DNA of 32,789 bases from Candidatus Woesearchaeota archaeon (GCA_964622565.1 CAZUQL010000002.1:1-32789); one strand, 5' to 3'; positions 15,444 to 23,389 are shown, counted from the stretch's first letter. Notes: generated by a model not told the origin, from the letters alone. Numbers and translations are program-made.

Positions 15444-15794
15444 ATGGAACTTATAGCTTTACTTTCATCAGGGCAAGGAACTTGGGCACAGGTATCTGGT
15501 TTAATGAAGTATGGAGAATGGGAAAAAATAATTCTTTTAGGAGATGACTTTGCAAAAGGATTCAAACACGAAAAACAATTTGAATTTATTAAAGTTGATT
15601 TAAATCAAAAAATTAAGGAACTTAAAGAAGACTTCTCAAAAAAGCTTCAAGGAAAATTCGAAGGAATGGAAGTCGCACTCTCTATTGCATCTGGCGACGG
15701 CAAAGAACACATGGCGCTAATTTCAGCTTTAATTAATCTTCCAATTGGAATTCGATTCGCAGCTTTAACAAAAGACGGAGTTATTGATTTGTAA
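15444..15794 (+). CDS. hypothetical protein, Rossmann-like alpha/beta pattern
   Basis: 116 aa. MELIALLSSGQGTW...KIILLGDDF...EVALSIASGDGKEHMALISALINLPIGIRFAALTKDG shows alternating strand/helix periodicity with Gly-rich loops. No confident family call. Confidence 0.6.
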   Translation: MELIALLSSGQGTWAQVSGLMKYGEWEKIILLGDDFAKGFKHEKQFEFIKVDLNQKIKELKEDFSKKLQGKFEGMEVALSIASGDGKEHMALISALINLPIGIRFAALTKDGVIDL

Positions 15795-15795
15795 A

Positions 15796-16107
15796 ATGTC
15801 TGAAGAATCACCCTCCCCTCTCGAATTAGCACGCAATTATTTTCAACGAGGTTTCAGGTGGCAAATTGATGAACATAGCGAGATGGGTTGGATTTCTCCT
15901 CCAAATTCAGATAGTTATTATTCAACCGAAAAACTTGAGGGATATAAAAAAGGAGGGGTCAGTTCAGAAGAGGGGGAATTGTCTGAGATAAGAGATGGAT
16001 TAGACCTTCTTGGAGTTATTAATTCTTTAGCTGATTTTCCTTATTCTTCAGAAGGGTTTGAAACTTTTCATGCTGTTCCTATTGATTTTGAAGTGCAAGG
16101 AGTGTAA
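15796..16107 (+). CDS. hypothetical acidic small protein
   Basis: ATG 15796 follows the upstream stop by 1 nt (TAAAATG); the track's TTG start at 15784 is less likely. 103 aa, rich in Ser/Glu/Gly/Trp. Confidence 0.5.
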   Translation: MSEESPSPLELARNYFQRGFRWQIDEHSEMGWISPPNSDSYYSTEKLEGYKKGGVSSEEGELSEIRDGLDLLGVINSLADFPYSSEGFETFHAVPIDFEVQGV

Positions 16108-16108
16108 A

Positions 16109-16387
16109 ATGAGAGTTAATCCTGAAGCATATCTCGGTTTATCAGAAGAACAACAAAGACAAGAGTTAGAGAGATTTCAAAGAAATGGTTATTCTGTTAT
16201 CAAAGACCCATTAAATGGAGGGACGATTATTTATACGCCATCTAGAAAAAGATTTGTTGGACACAAACTCCAGAGAGAATTAGGATCATTAAGTGTAATC
16301 AACCCAGATAATCCTACTCATTTAGAGATGTTAGGAACTTTTAATTATTATACCCTTATTTGTTCTATACTTTCTAAACTCCCTTAA
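16109..16387 (+). CDS. hypothetical small protein
   Basis: ATG 16109 lies 1 nt after the upstream stop (TAAAATG). 92 aa starting MRVNPEAYLGLSEEQQRQELERFQRNGY... The 3' end overlaps the convergent taw1 3' end by 14 nt. Confidence 0.5.
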   Translation: MRVNPEAYLGLSEEQQRQELERFQRNGYSVIKDPLNGGTIIYTPSRKRFVGHKLQRELGSLSVINPDNPTHLEMLGTFNYYTLICSILSKLP

Positions 16388-17372
16388 TCTTCAACATTTT
16401 TTTCTCGCTTTTTCGTCCAACAACAAACGCCCTCGATCGTTCATGAGAATCTAAAACTTCAAAATCCTTCCCTAAATTTTTTACAAGTTCTTTTACAAAC
16501 AATTCCATCTCTTTATCTGTAGGCATTCTTTCATAACCTAACCTCTGTCGAGCAAATCCTACACTCATAAAGCCCTTAATTTCAATAAACAACGGATTTG
16601 CTTTCTTAATTAATTGAACATATTTCGGAATCTGCTCAAAATTCATATTTAAATCTTTAACTAAATTCATTCGAAAAATAGTTCGAGTTTTCCCTCGAAG
16701 TTTAGACATAATCTCCAAACTTAAATTCAATTTTTTCCAAGCGTCTTTTTCAGAACTCCTATGAAACTTTTGATAAAGTTCTTCTTCAGGAGTATTTACT
16801 GAAATGTAAAGTTGCGTTGGAAGTTGGTTTTTCTTCTCAATTTTTTTTAACACTTTTGGATTTAATCCATTAGTAACTAAAAAAGAAGTCTTGCCCCTTT
16901 TTCTTAACTCTAAGATTAATTCTCCAATTTTTGGATATATAGTCGGTTCACCTGAAAGAGAGATTGCAAACTGCGAGGGCTCTTGCGCCTCTTCCCATTT
17001 TTTCATATTTGCTTTGCTTTTTGTTTTATGTTTTGTTTTAGGATTTATTTTAAATCCTTCTAGAAGTTTTCTTTGCTCCCTAATACATCCATCAATAATA
17101 TCCGACGGAGAATCAATCTTACCTTGAATTTTTTTACCAATTGTATGTTCAATTGCTCTCCAACAATGCACACACTTGTTTTGACACCACATAACAGATG
17201 GAGTCATTTGACAACATCGATGACTATTAATTCCATAGAATTTTTCTTTATAACAAACTTCTTCTCCTCGCAAAGAACGCTTTGTCCAACGACAAATTTG
17301 AACTGCAGAATGATTTCCTACAACTCGATAATGTTGCTTTCTTAAAAGCTCTTGAATTTTTTTTGAAATCAT
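16374..17372 (-). CDS. taw1: tRNA 4-demethylwyosine synthase (Taw1/Tyw1, radical SAM)
   Basis: 332 aa. Radical-SAM CQNKCVHC (CxxxCxxC), plus upstream Cys residues (ICRW, VCY, HRCCQ) and ...AISLSGEPTIYPKIGELILELRKRGKTSFLVTNG..., as in Tyw1/Taw1. Confidence 0.9.
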   Translation of the reverse strand: MISKKIQELLRKQHYRVVGNHSAVQICRWTKRSLRGEEVCYKEKFYGINSHRCCQMTPSVMWCQNKCVHCWRAIEHTIGKKIQGKIDSPSDIIDGCIREQRKLLEGFKINPKTKHKTKSKANMKKWEEAQEPSQFAISLSGEPTIYPKIGELILELRKRGKTSFLVTNGLNPKVLKKIEKKNQLPTQLYISVNTPEEELYQKFHRSSEKDAWKKLNLSLEIMSKLRGKTRTIFRMNLVKDLNMNFEQIPKYVQLIKKANPLFIEIKGFMSVGFARQRLGYERMPTDKEMELFVKELVKNLGKDFEVLDSHERSRAFVVGRKSEKKMLKIKGV

Positions 17373-17415
17373 AAAAATAAAAATAAAAAATATGTTTTAA
17401 ATCTATTGAATAACA

Positions 17416-17472
17416 TTACTTTTTTTTCTTTTTTGATTTTGCAGCAGGTTTTTTACCCTTTTTAGCAGCCAT
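17416..17472 (-). CDS. candidate 18-codon polybasic micro-ORF (MAAKKGKKPAAKSKKKKK)
   Basis: Hand-found. AAAGGGGTGGCTGACC-ATG gives a GGTG-type SD-like element 7 nt upstream. Lies between the M50 protease and taw1 on the same strand. Too short for compositional evidence. Confidence 0.25.
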   Translation of the reverse strand: MAAKKGKKPAAKSKKKKK

Positions 17473-17529
17473 GGTCAGCCACCCCTTTTCAATTCTTTAA
17501 ATTTACAAGTAATTAATGTTTAAATACTT

Positions 17530-18942
17530 TTAGAAAAAACTGAAAGCCCACTTCAGAATTAGGACTAAGAACAACCCAAAGATAAAATAATTCATTCCCC
17601 TAAAAACTCTCGTTGCAAATTTTTTTGATTGTGAAATACCCAAAATGGTTAAATAAAAAAATCTCCCTCCGTCGAGAATTCCAACAGGAAGCATATTAAA
17701 TAATGCTACTAAAATATTAATCAAAAATATCCACCAAAATAAATAATAAAAAAATTCTGAAATTCCAGGATATCTTGGGGAGTGCCAGACATTTCCTCGA
17801 AGATACAAATTTTTACTTTGAAAAGAAGAAAGAATATGAATTCCCTCTTCAACAAAGAAGTTCTGAGGTTTTGTTGAAACAATTCCTAGCCACGGTTCTT
17901 CTTCTGAATTTGGTTTAACACCCAAAACTAATTCTGTTTCATTATCCATTGTTTTTATTTTTATTTTCTCTCCAGGATTATACCTCTTTATTTCTTCACT
18001 TAACCCATTCAGATTTGTAATTTTTTGATTATTTACCTCCAGAATAATTCCTCCAAGATTAGATCTTATTGCAGGAGCATCATAATATAGGAGTAATTCA
18101 TCTTCATCTAAAATATTTCTTACTCCAACAAATGTTTCATTTGCAGTTTGTATGTCTGAAAAGTTTCCAGTATTTACTAAATCTAAAACTTGACTCACCG
18201 AGGGAGTTTCTAGTGAAATTCCATTAACTGAAACAATTTGAGAAGCAGGTACAATGGCAAAAGCATAATCATAAAATCCAACTCCTGACGCAGTAAACAT
18301 TGTTGAAAAATAAATACCCATAATGATAAAACAAAAAACTGCGACGAGAACATTTGCAAACACTCCTGCACTTAAAACACTCATTTGCTGAAACTTTGAT
18401 TTTGAATTCATTTGTTTTTCATCTTGTTCTACAAATGCCCCAAAAAGTGCGGGGAAATATTTGAAAAACGCAAAGCCTGTACTTTTAATTCTAATTCCCG
18501 AAGCCCTTGCAAATATACCGTGACTTAATTCATGCATCGTTGCTACAATTAAAATCGCAAAAATAAAATATACAAAATAAAACGCAGGAAACACATCTCC
18601 TAATCCAAACAACTGCGGAAAATATGGAATCAGAGGCATTACAGGAGGGGCCCTTATCTGTTCTGAAATTGGCGTTGTTAAATAAATATAAACACTCTTT
18701 ATAATTAAATAAATAATTCCTGCCATAAGCAAATATCCTACAAACACAGAAACATAACTCAAAAAATAAATTATCTTTTTGTATTTCTGTCCAATCTTAT
18801 CTATAAATTTTACTCCCCACTGGGTTTTATAAAGAATCAGCGAACCTTCTTGTGCAAGATTTTTTCTTTTAAAATAAAGAAATAGGGAAGTTCCTATAAA
18901 GAACACTACCAAAAACAAAATATCATAAAATACTAAACTCAT
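17530..18942 (-). CDS. site-2 protease family (M50) membrane zinc metalloprotease with inserted PDZ-like region
   Basis: 470 aa, polytopic. HExxH as MHELSHG. C-terminal NMLPVGILDGGRFF (NxxPxxxLDG motif). Soluble insert between TM blocks. Confidence 0.85.
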   Translation of the reverse strand: MSLVFYDILFLVVFFIGTSLFLYFKRKNLAQEGSLILYKTQWGVKFIDKIGQKYKKIIYFLSYVSVFVGYLLMAGIIYLIIKSVYIYLTTPISEQIRAPPVMPLIPYFPQLFGLGDVFPAFYFVYFIFAILIVATMHELSHGIFARASGIRIKSTGFAFFKYFPALFGAFVEQDEKQMNSKSKFQQMSVLSAGVFANVLVAVFCFIIMGIYFSTMFTASGVGFYDYAFAIVPASQIVSVNGISLETPSVSQVLDLVNTGNFSDIQTANETFVGVRNILDEDELLLYYDAPAIRSNLGGIILEVNNQKITNLNGLSEEIKRYNPGEKIKIKTMDNETELVLGVKPNSEEEPWLGIVSTKPQNFFVEEGIHILSSFQSKNLYLRGNVWHSPRYPGISEFFYYLFWWIFLINILVALFNMLPVGILDGGRFFYLTILGISQSKKFATRVFRGMNYFIFGLFLVLILKWAFSFF

Positions 18943-18950
18943 CTAACCCT

Positions 18951-19112
18951 CTATTTTTTCTTTAATGGTCTAAATGCTTTTTTCTGACACTTTCTACATT
19001 TAACTTTTCCATTAAGTATTTTTATCGGGGCTGCTCGAATTTTGCTTTTACAATTTTTACAAACAAATATGTTCTTGAATAATCGTGCTTGTGCCTCTGG
19101 AATTTTTGCCAT
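18951..19112 (-). CDS. rpl40e: 50S ribosomal protein eL40
   Basis: Hand-found 53-aa ORF, below the track cutoff: MAKIPEAQARLFKNIFVCKNCKSKIRAAPIKILNGKVKCRKCQKKAFRPLKKK. CxxC...CxxC zinc ribbon and N-terminus are typical of archaeal L40e. Confidence 0.85.
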   Translation of the reverse strand: MAKIPEAQARLFKNIFVCKNCKSKIRAAPIKILNGKVKCRKCQKKAFRPLKKK

Positions 19113-19153
19113 TTTATTTATTGTTATATACTAAGAATTAATTTGGTGTGTTT

Positions 19154-19546
19154 TTAAAGTTTCCTCTTAACAATCTTTTCGCCTTCAATATCCCAATATT
19201 CGCAATTTCCCCCTTCTTCTAGAGAATTGAAAACATCTTCTTCTGGACACGCAACATCAAGAGTTTCAAAATTTTCTAAATCCATTAAACTCACTGATTT
19301 ATCTGCTTTAGATAGAACCTGTGCTTTTCGTTTGTCCACATTCGGAACTTCTAATCTATCATGTCCAGGCACAACAAAAACTTTTTTATTCCCTGAAATA
19401 ATCCCAACTGCCTCTATTCGGCATTTTGCATGACCATGCTTCCCTGTTTTTGAAATATCAATCTTCCGTACAATACACGCATCGCCATCAACAATAATAT
19501 TTGTACCTACTTTCGCCTCTGTTGCATTAATAATCTTTAAAACCAT
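19154..19546 (-). CDS. eif5a: translation initiation factor 5A (aIF5A)
   Basis: 130 aa. Hypusine-site motif SKTGKHGHAKCRIEAVGI. SH3-like N domain plus OB C domain pattern. Confidence 0.95.
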   Translation of the reverse strand: MVLKIINATEAKVGTNIIVDGDACIVRKIDISKTGKHGHAKCRIEAVGIISGNKKVFVVPGHDRLEVPNVDKRKAQVLSKADKSVSLMDLENFETLDVACPEEDVFNSLEEGGNCEYWDIEGEKIVKRKL

Positions 19547-19567
19547 AACATCAAAAAAATAATTGAG

Positions 19568-19577
19568 TTTATAAATA
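19568..19577 (-). promoter_or_regulatory. candidate TATA box for aIF5A (leaderless-type spacing)
   Basis: TTTATAAATA centred about 26 nt upstream of the ATG at 19546. Confidence 0.35.
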
Positions 19578-19627
19578 TTTGCGAATTTCTAATTCCGTAA
19601 AAAGAGTTTTGTTTAAACTTCCCTAAA

Positions 19628-19636
19628 CTTTAAAAA
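19628..19636 (+). promoter_or_regulatory. candidate TATA box for the FKBP gene (leaderless-type spacing)
   Basis: CTTTAAAAA centred about 26 nt upstream of the ATG at 19658. Confidence 0.35.
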
Positions 19637-19657
19637 CACTTATTTTCTCATCAGTTC

Positions 19658-20320
19658 ATGACACTTCAAAAAAATGATTTTATTGAAATTGAATTTATTG
19701 CAAAAACCAAGGAAGGAAATTTATTTGATTCAAATATTCCCGAAGAATTAAAAAAAATAAATCCCCAAGCAAAAGCAAAACCATTCTTATTTCCTTTAAA
19801 CCAGGGAATGTTTATTCAAGGAGTAGATGATTTTTTAGTTGGAAAAGATTTAGGAAAATATACTATTGAACTTCAACCAGAAAACGCATTTGGAAAACGA
19901 GACTTAAAATTAATTCAGGTAGCCTCTTCAAACATGTTCAAAAACCAGAAAGTCCAACCTTATCCTGGAGCAGTTTTTAATTTCGATAACCGACTTGGAA
20001 AGGTTCTCTCTGTTTCAGGGGGAAGAGTTAGAATCGATTTCAATCATCCTTTAGCAGGAAAAGAAGTTATTTATGAAGTTGACGTAAAACGAAAAATTGA
20101 AACTCTTGAAGAAAAAGTTAAGGCATTGATTGATTTCTTTTTTAGAAAGGAGTGGGACTTTAAAATTCAAGATAATATTTTAAATCTTAACGTCGAGCCC
20201 AAGTTTAAACAATTTGTTGAACTTTTCAAAGATAAATTTAAGGAAATTTTAGACTTAGATTTAAATGTAAAAGAACTAGTTGAAAAACCCGCAGAACTAA
20301 AACAAGACGAAAAGAAGTAG
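19658..20320 (+). CDS. FKBP-type peptidyl-prolyl cis-trans isomerase (archaeal long/SlyD-like type)
   Basis: 220 aa. ...FIEIEFIAKTKEGNLFDSN..., ...MFIQGVDDFLVGKDLGKYTIELQPENAFGKRD..., ...DFNHPLAGKEVIYEVDVKRK are FKBP core and flap signatures. Confidence 0.85.
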   Translation: MTLQKNDFIEIEFIAKTKEGNLFDSNIPEELKKINPQAKAKPFLFPLNQGMFIQGVDDFLVGKDLGKYTIELQPENAFGKRDLKLIQVASSNMFKNQKVQPYPGAVFNFDNRLGKVLSVSGGRVRIDFNHPLAGKEVIYEVDVKRKIETLEEKVKALIDFFFRKEWDFKIQDNILNLNVEPKFKQFVELFKDKFKEILDLDLNVKELVEKPAELKQDEKK

Positions 20321-20374
20321 ATAATATCAAAAAATCACAATAATCCTTATAAACAATATTTAATCATTTAACTT

Positions 20375-21526
20375 ATGGAAGAAATTTACGAAAAAGAGGA
20401 AAATTCCCAAAGACAAGGAAATCCCATTAGTCCTCAGATTACTCCACACAAATTTCCAGGGGGAGTTAGCCCGGAAGTTGCAGAAATTGATAGAGAATTA
20501 GAAGAGTTATTAAGAAAACAATCAGCAAAAATAAAAGTAATTGGTGTTGGAGGGGGAGGAAATAATTCTTTAGGTCGAATGAGAGAGATTGGAATTAAAG
20601 GCGGAGAATTAATTGCAGTAAACACCGATGCACAAGATTTACTTTATGCAAATGCTGACCAAAAAATTTTAATTGGACGAGAATTAACCCAGGGTCTTGG
20701 TGCAGGAAGTAACCCTAAGATTGGTGAAGAAGCTGCAAAAGAATCAGCTGCAGAAATTAAAAAGAAAATTGCAGGAGCAGATATGATATTCATAACTTGC
20801 GGATTAGGAGGAGGAACAGGTACAGGAGCAGCACCTGTTATTGCGAATCTTGCTAAAAAACAAGGAGCATTAACAATTGGAATTGTAACATTACCTTTTA
20901 CAATAGAAGGCCAAAAAAGAGTTGAAAATGCAATGGAAGGTTTAGAAAGAATGGAATCTGTTGTAGATACTTTAATTGTTATTCCAAACGACAAACTTTT
21001 AGAGCTTGCACCCGAGCTTCCACTTCACACTGCTTTCAAAATCGCCGACGAGATTTTAACAAATTCAGTTAAAGGAACTACTGAATTAATAACAACATCT
21101 GGTTTAGTAAACCTTGACTTTGCTGACATTCGTGCAGTAATGTCTGACGGAGGAGTTTCTTTAATTGGAATGGGCGAATCAGAATCACAGCAAAGAGCAA
21201 TCGAGGCAGTCGAAAAAGCAATTAACAATCCTCTTTTAGATGTGGATATCTCAAATGCAACAGGAGCATTGGTAAATATTATCGGAGGGCCGGACATGAG
21301 TTTAGAAGAATGTAGGATAATCATGGATTCAATTGGAAAACGACTTGACCCTAACGCAAAAATAATTTGGGGAGCACAAATTTCAGAAGACATGGAAAAA
21401 ACAATCCGTGTTTTATTAATTGTAACTGGGGTAAAAAGTTCACAAATCCGAGGAGACTCAAAATCAATTGATGAATTAAAACACCAAGAAATCGAAGACG
21501 AACTGGGTATAGAATTTTTTGAATAA
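20375..21526 (+). CDS. ftsZ: cell division GTPase FtsZ
   Basis: 383 aa. GVGGGGNNSLGRM, NTDAQDL, GLGAGSNPKIGEEAA, tubulin signature GLGGGTGTGAAPVIA. C-terminal peptide ...DELGIEFFE. Confidence 0.97.
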   Translation: MEEIYEKEENSQRQGNPISPQITPHKFPGGVSPEVAEIDRELEELLRKQSAKIKVIGVGGGGNNSLGRMREIGIKGGELIAVNTDAQDLLYANADQKILIGRELTQGLGAGSNPKIGEEAAKESAAEIKKKIAGADMIFITCGLGGGTGTGAAPVIANLAKKQGALTIGIVTLPFTIEGQKRVENAMEGLERMESVVDTLIVIPNDKLLELAPELPLHTAFKIADEILTNSVKGTTELITTSGLVNLDFADIRAVMSDGGVSLIGMGESESQQRAIEAVEKAINNPLLDVDISNATGALVNIIGGPDMSLEECRIIMDSIGKRLDPNAKIIWGAQISEDMEKTIRVLLIVTGVKSSQIRGDSKSIDELKHQEIEDELGIEFFE

Positions 21527-21527
21527 A

Positions 21528-21809
21528 ATGGGGTTACTTAGACCGCGTCCAAAATTTAAGATTGGCGAAACTGTTCTTGTTGAATCCTTGCCTCATTCAC
21601 CTGAAATAACAATGAAAAGAGAATTGTTATTAATTGATGTGAGAAGGTATGGTACAGATTCTTCTAGTGGTGAGAAGTATTGGCATTATGGAGGAAGATT
21701 ATTTGCTCCAGATTCTGATACTCAAAGTAGATATCCCTTAAAATTTGTAAGGAGTACTCACTGGAATTTTGTTAGAGAGAGTAGACTGGTTTCCTTAAGA
21801 ATATTATAG
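21528..21809 (+). CDS. hypothetical small protein translationally coupled to ftsZ
   Basis: ATG 21528 lies 1 nt after the ftsZ TAA (TTTGAATAAAATG); the track's 21519 start is a TTG inside ftsZ. 93 aa, MGLLRPRPKFKIGETVLVESLPH... No family recognised. Confidence 0.5.
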   Translation: MGLLRPRPKFKIGETVLVESLPHSPEITMKRELLLIDVRRYGTDSSSGEKYWHYGGRLFAPDSDTQSRYPLKFVRSTHWNFVRESRLVSLRIL

Positions 21810-21849
21810 TCTCCCAAAAACTTTTAAACTACTTTCTCGAATCTAAAAC

Positions 21850-22029
21850 ATGAAAAAATATTTAATTTCATTAAAATCATTTTTTGTTCAGTGCTCGCGT
21901 GTTTGGAAAATTCTAAGAAAACCTTCAAAAAAGGAATTTGAACAAATCGCCAAAGTTTCTGCAATAGGAATTCTTCTCATTGGATTGTTTGGCTTTTTAA
22001 TTTCAATTTTACTTAAGTCATTTACTTAA
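21850..22029 (+). CDS. secE: preprotein translocase subunit SecE (Sec61 gamma)
   Basis: Hand-found 59-aa ORF, one residue below the track cutoff: MKKYLISLKSFFVQCSRVWKILRKPSKKEFEQIAKVSAIGILLIGLFGFLISILLKSFT. Single C-terminal TM. Canonical position just upstream of spt5/nusG. Confidence 0.75.
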   Translation: MKKYLISLKSFFVQCSRVWKILRKPSKKEFEQIAKVSAIGILLIGLFGFLISILLKSFT

Positions 22030-22101
22030 CGCAAATTTTATAAACCCCGATTTTCAATTAATTATACTGCTTCTTAAAAGTTCAGAAGTAGTGAAAACAA
22101 A

Positions 22102-22614
22102 ATGATATTTATTATTAAAGTTACAACAAACAAGGAAGAGAAAGTTGTTGAGATGATTGCAGATAGAGCAGCGAAGAAAAACATAGAAGTTTACTCTGTT
22201 TCAAGACCTCACGGTTTAAGAGGTTACATTCTTCTCGAGGCTGAAAATAGAGAATCTGCAGAAGAAGCAGCATTTAATCTTCAATATGTTAAAGGAATAA
22301 TTGGAAAAACAATTGAATACGAAGAAGTCCAAAATATGTTAGAACCTTCTGTGGAAGCAATTTCAATCGAAGAAGGAGATATTGTAGAATTGATTGCCGA
22401 ACCATTTAAAAAGGAAAAAGCTAAGGTTACAAGAGTAGACAAACAAAAAGAAGAAGTAACAGTAAGTTTGTTAGGAGCCGTAGTTCCATTACCTGTTACA
22501 GTTAAATTAGATAATGTTCGAGTTATCCGAAGAGAAGAAAATGAAAATGAAGAAGAACCTGAAGAAGATCACCAATTTGGACACGGAGATGGTCCTGCAA
22601 TCGGAGGAATATAA
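22102..22614 (+). CDS. spt5: transcription elongation factor Spt5 (NusG)
   Basis: 170 aa. NGN domain (IFIIKVTTNKEEKV...RGYILLEAENRESAEEA...) plus KOW (GDIVELIAEPFKKEKAKVTRVDKQKEEVTVSL). Acidic C-terminal tail. TAATG overlap with rpl11. Confidence 0.9.
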   Translation: MIFIIKVTTNKEEKVVEMIADRAAKKNIEVYSVSRPHGLRGYILLEAENRESAEEAAFNLQYVKGIIGKTIEYEEVQNMLEPSVEAISIEEGDIVELIAEPFKKEKAKVTRVDKQKEEVTVSLLGAVVPLPVTVKLDNVRVIRREENENEEEPEEDHQFGHGDGPAIGGI

Positions 22615-23276
22615 TGCAAATTAAACTTTTAGTCGAAGGTGGAAGCATGAGTCCTGGTCCTGCCTTGAGCCAAAAACTAGGCCCCGCAGGGATAAATATT
22701 GGACAAGTTATTTCTAAAGTTAATGAAGCCACAAGTAATTTTAAAGGATTAAAAGTTCCAGTTACCTTAGACGTAGATACAAAAACAAAAACATTTGAAA
22801 TTGAAATTTTTTCTCCACCTGTTTCAGAACTAATAAAAAAAGAATTAGGTTTAGAGCGAGGTTCTGGACTTCAGGAAAAAGAAAAAGTAGCAAACGCTTC
22901 AATAGAACAAATGATTTCGGTCGCAAAGACTAAACTTCCAAACATGTTATGTAAAGATTTAAAATCCGCAGTTAAAACTGTTGTAGGAACTTGCGTAAGT
23001 TTAGGGGTGCTTGTAGAAAGTAAAGTTGCTTCAGAATTTGAAAAAGATATTGAAAGCGGAAAATACGATAAAGAGATTCAATCTGAGAAAACAGAAACTT
23101 CCCCAGAGAAAAAGAAACAACTTCAAGAATATTTTAATTCAGTTAAATCAACTCAAGAGAAGATTAAGAAGGAAGAAGAAGCAAAACAAGCTGAGGCAGA
23201 AGCTGAAAAAGCAACTACAGAGTCAAAAGAACCTAAACCAGAAGCAAAAGCAGCTCCTGTTCCTGAAAAGAAATAA
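22614..23276 (+). CDS. rpl11: 50S ribosomal protein uL11 with about 70-residue Lys/Glu/Ala-rich C-terminal extension
   Basis: 220 aa. ...LLVEGGSMSPGPALSQKLGPAGINIGQVISKVNEAT...KVPVTLDVDTKTKTFEIEIFSPPVSELIKKE... is uL11. GGAGG lies 6 nt upstream of the ATG. Confidence 0.93.
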   Translation: MQIKLLVEGGSMSPGPALSQKLGPAGINIGQVISKVNEATSNFKGLKVPVTLDVDTKTKTFEIEIFSPPVSELIKKELGLERGSGLQEKEKVANASIEQMISVAKTKLPNMLCKDLKSAVKTVVGTCVSLGVLVESKVASEFEKDIESGKYDKEIQSEKTETSPEKKKQLQEYFNSVKSTQEKIKKEEEAKQAEAEAEKATTESKEPKPEAKAAPVPEKK

Positions 23277-23284
23277 TTTATAAA
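23277..23284 (+). promoter_or_regulatory. candidate TATA box for tRNA-Pro (and possibly the downstream eL43 operon)
   Basis: TTTATAAA centred about 27 nt upstream of tRNA position 1 (23308), directly after the rpl11 stop. Confidence 0.45.
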
Positions 23285-23307
23285 CAATTTATTTTTCATG
23301 ATTATAG

Positions 23308-23381
23308 GGGGTTGTAGTGTAGCCTGGTTAGCATTGCAGGTTTGGGACCTGCCGACCCCGGTTCAAATCCGGGCAACCCCA
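23308..23381 (+). tRNA. tRNA-Pro (anticodon UGG), no encoded CCA
   Basis: Hand-folded. Acceptor GGGGTTG/CAACCCC, D arm GTGT-AGCCTGGTTA-GCAT, anticodon stem GCAGG/CCTGC with loop TTTGGGA (anticodon TGG). T arm CCCGG-TTCAAAT-CCGGG. Discriminator A. Confidence 0.9.
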
Positions 23382-23389
23382 TTTTTACG

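Noticed and set aside
20434-21393. Three minus-strand ORFs (63, 116 and 122 aa) inside ftsZ
   Set aside because: They are antisense shadows of a highly conserved gene. The Pro/Ala/Ile-rich products mirror FtsZ Gly/Ala/Ile codons.
23026-23283. 85-aa alternative-frame ORF within the uL11 C-terminal extension
   Set aside because: It is the same-strand +1 frame of a Lys/Glu/Ala repeat region, giving a K/R/Q/L low-complexity product. Repeat composition explains it.
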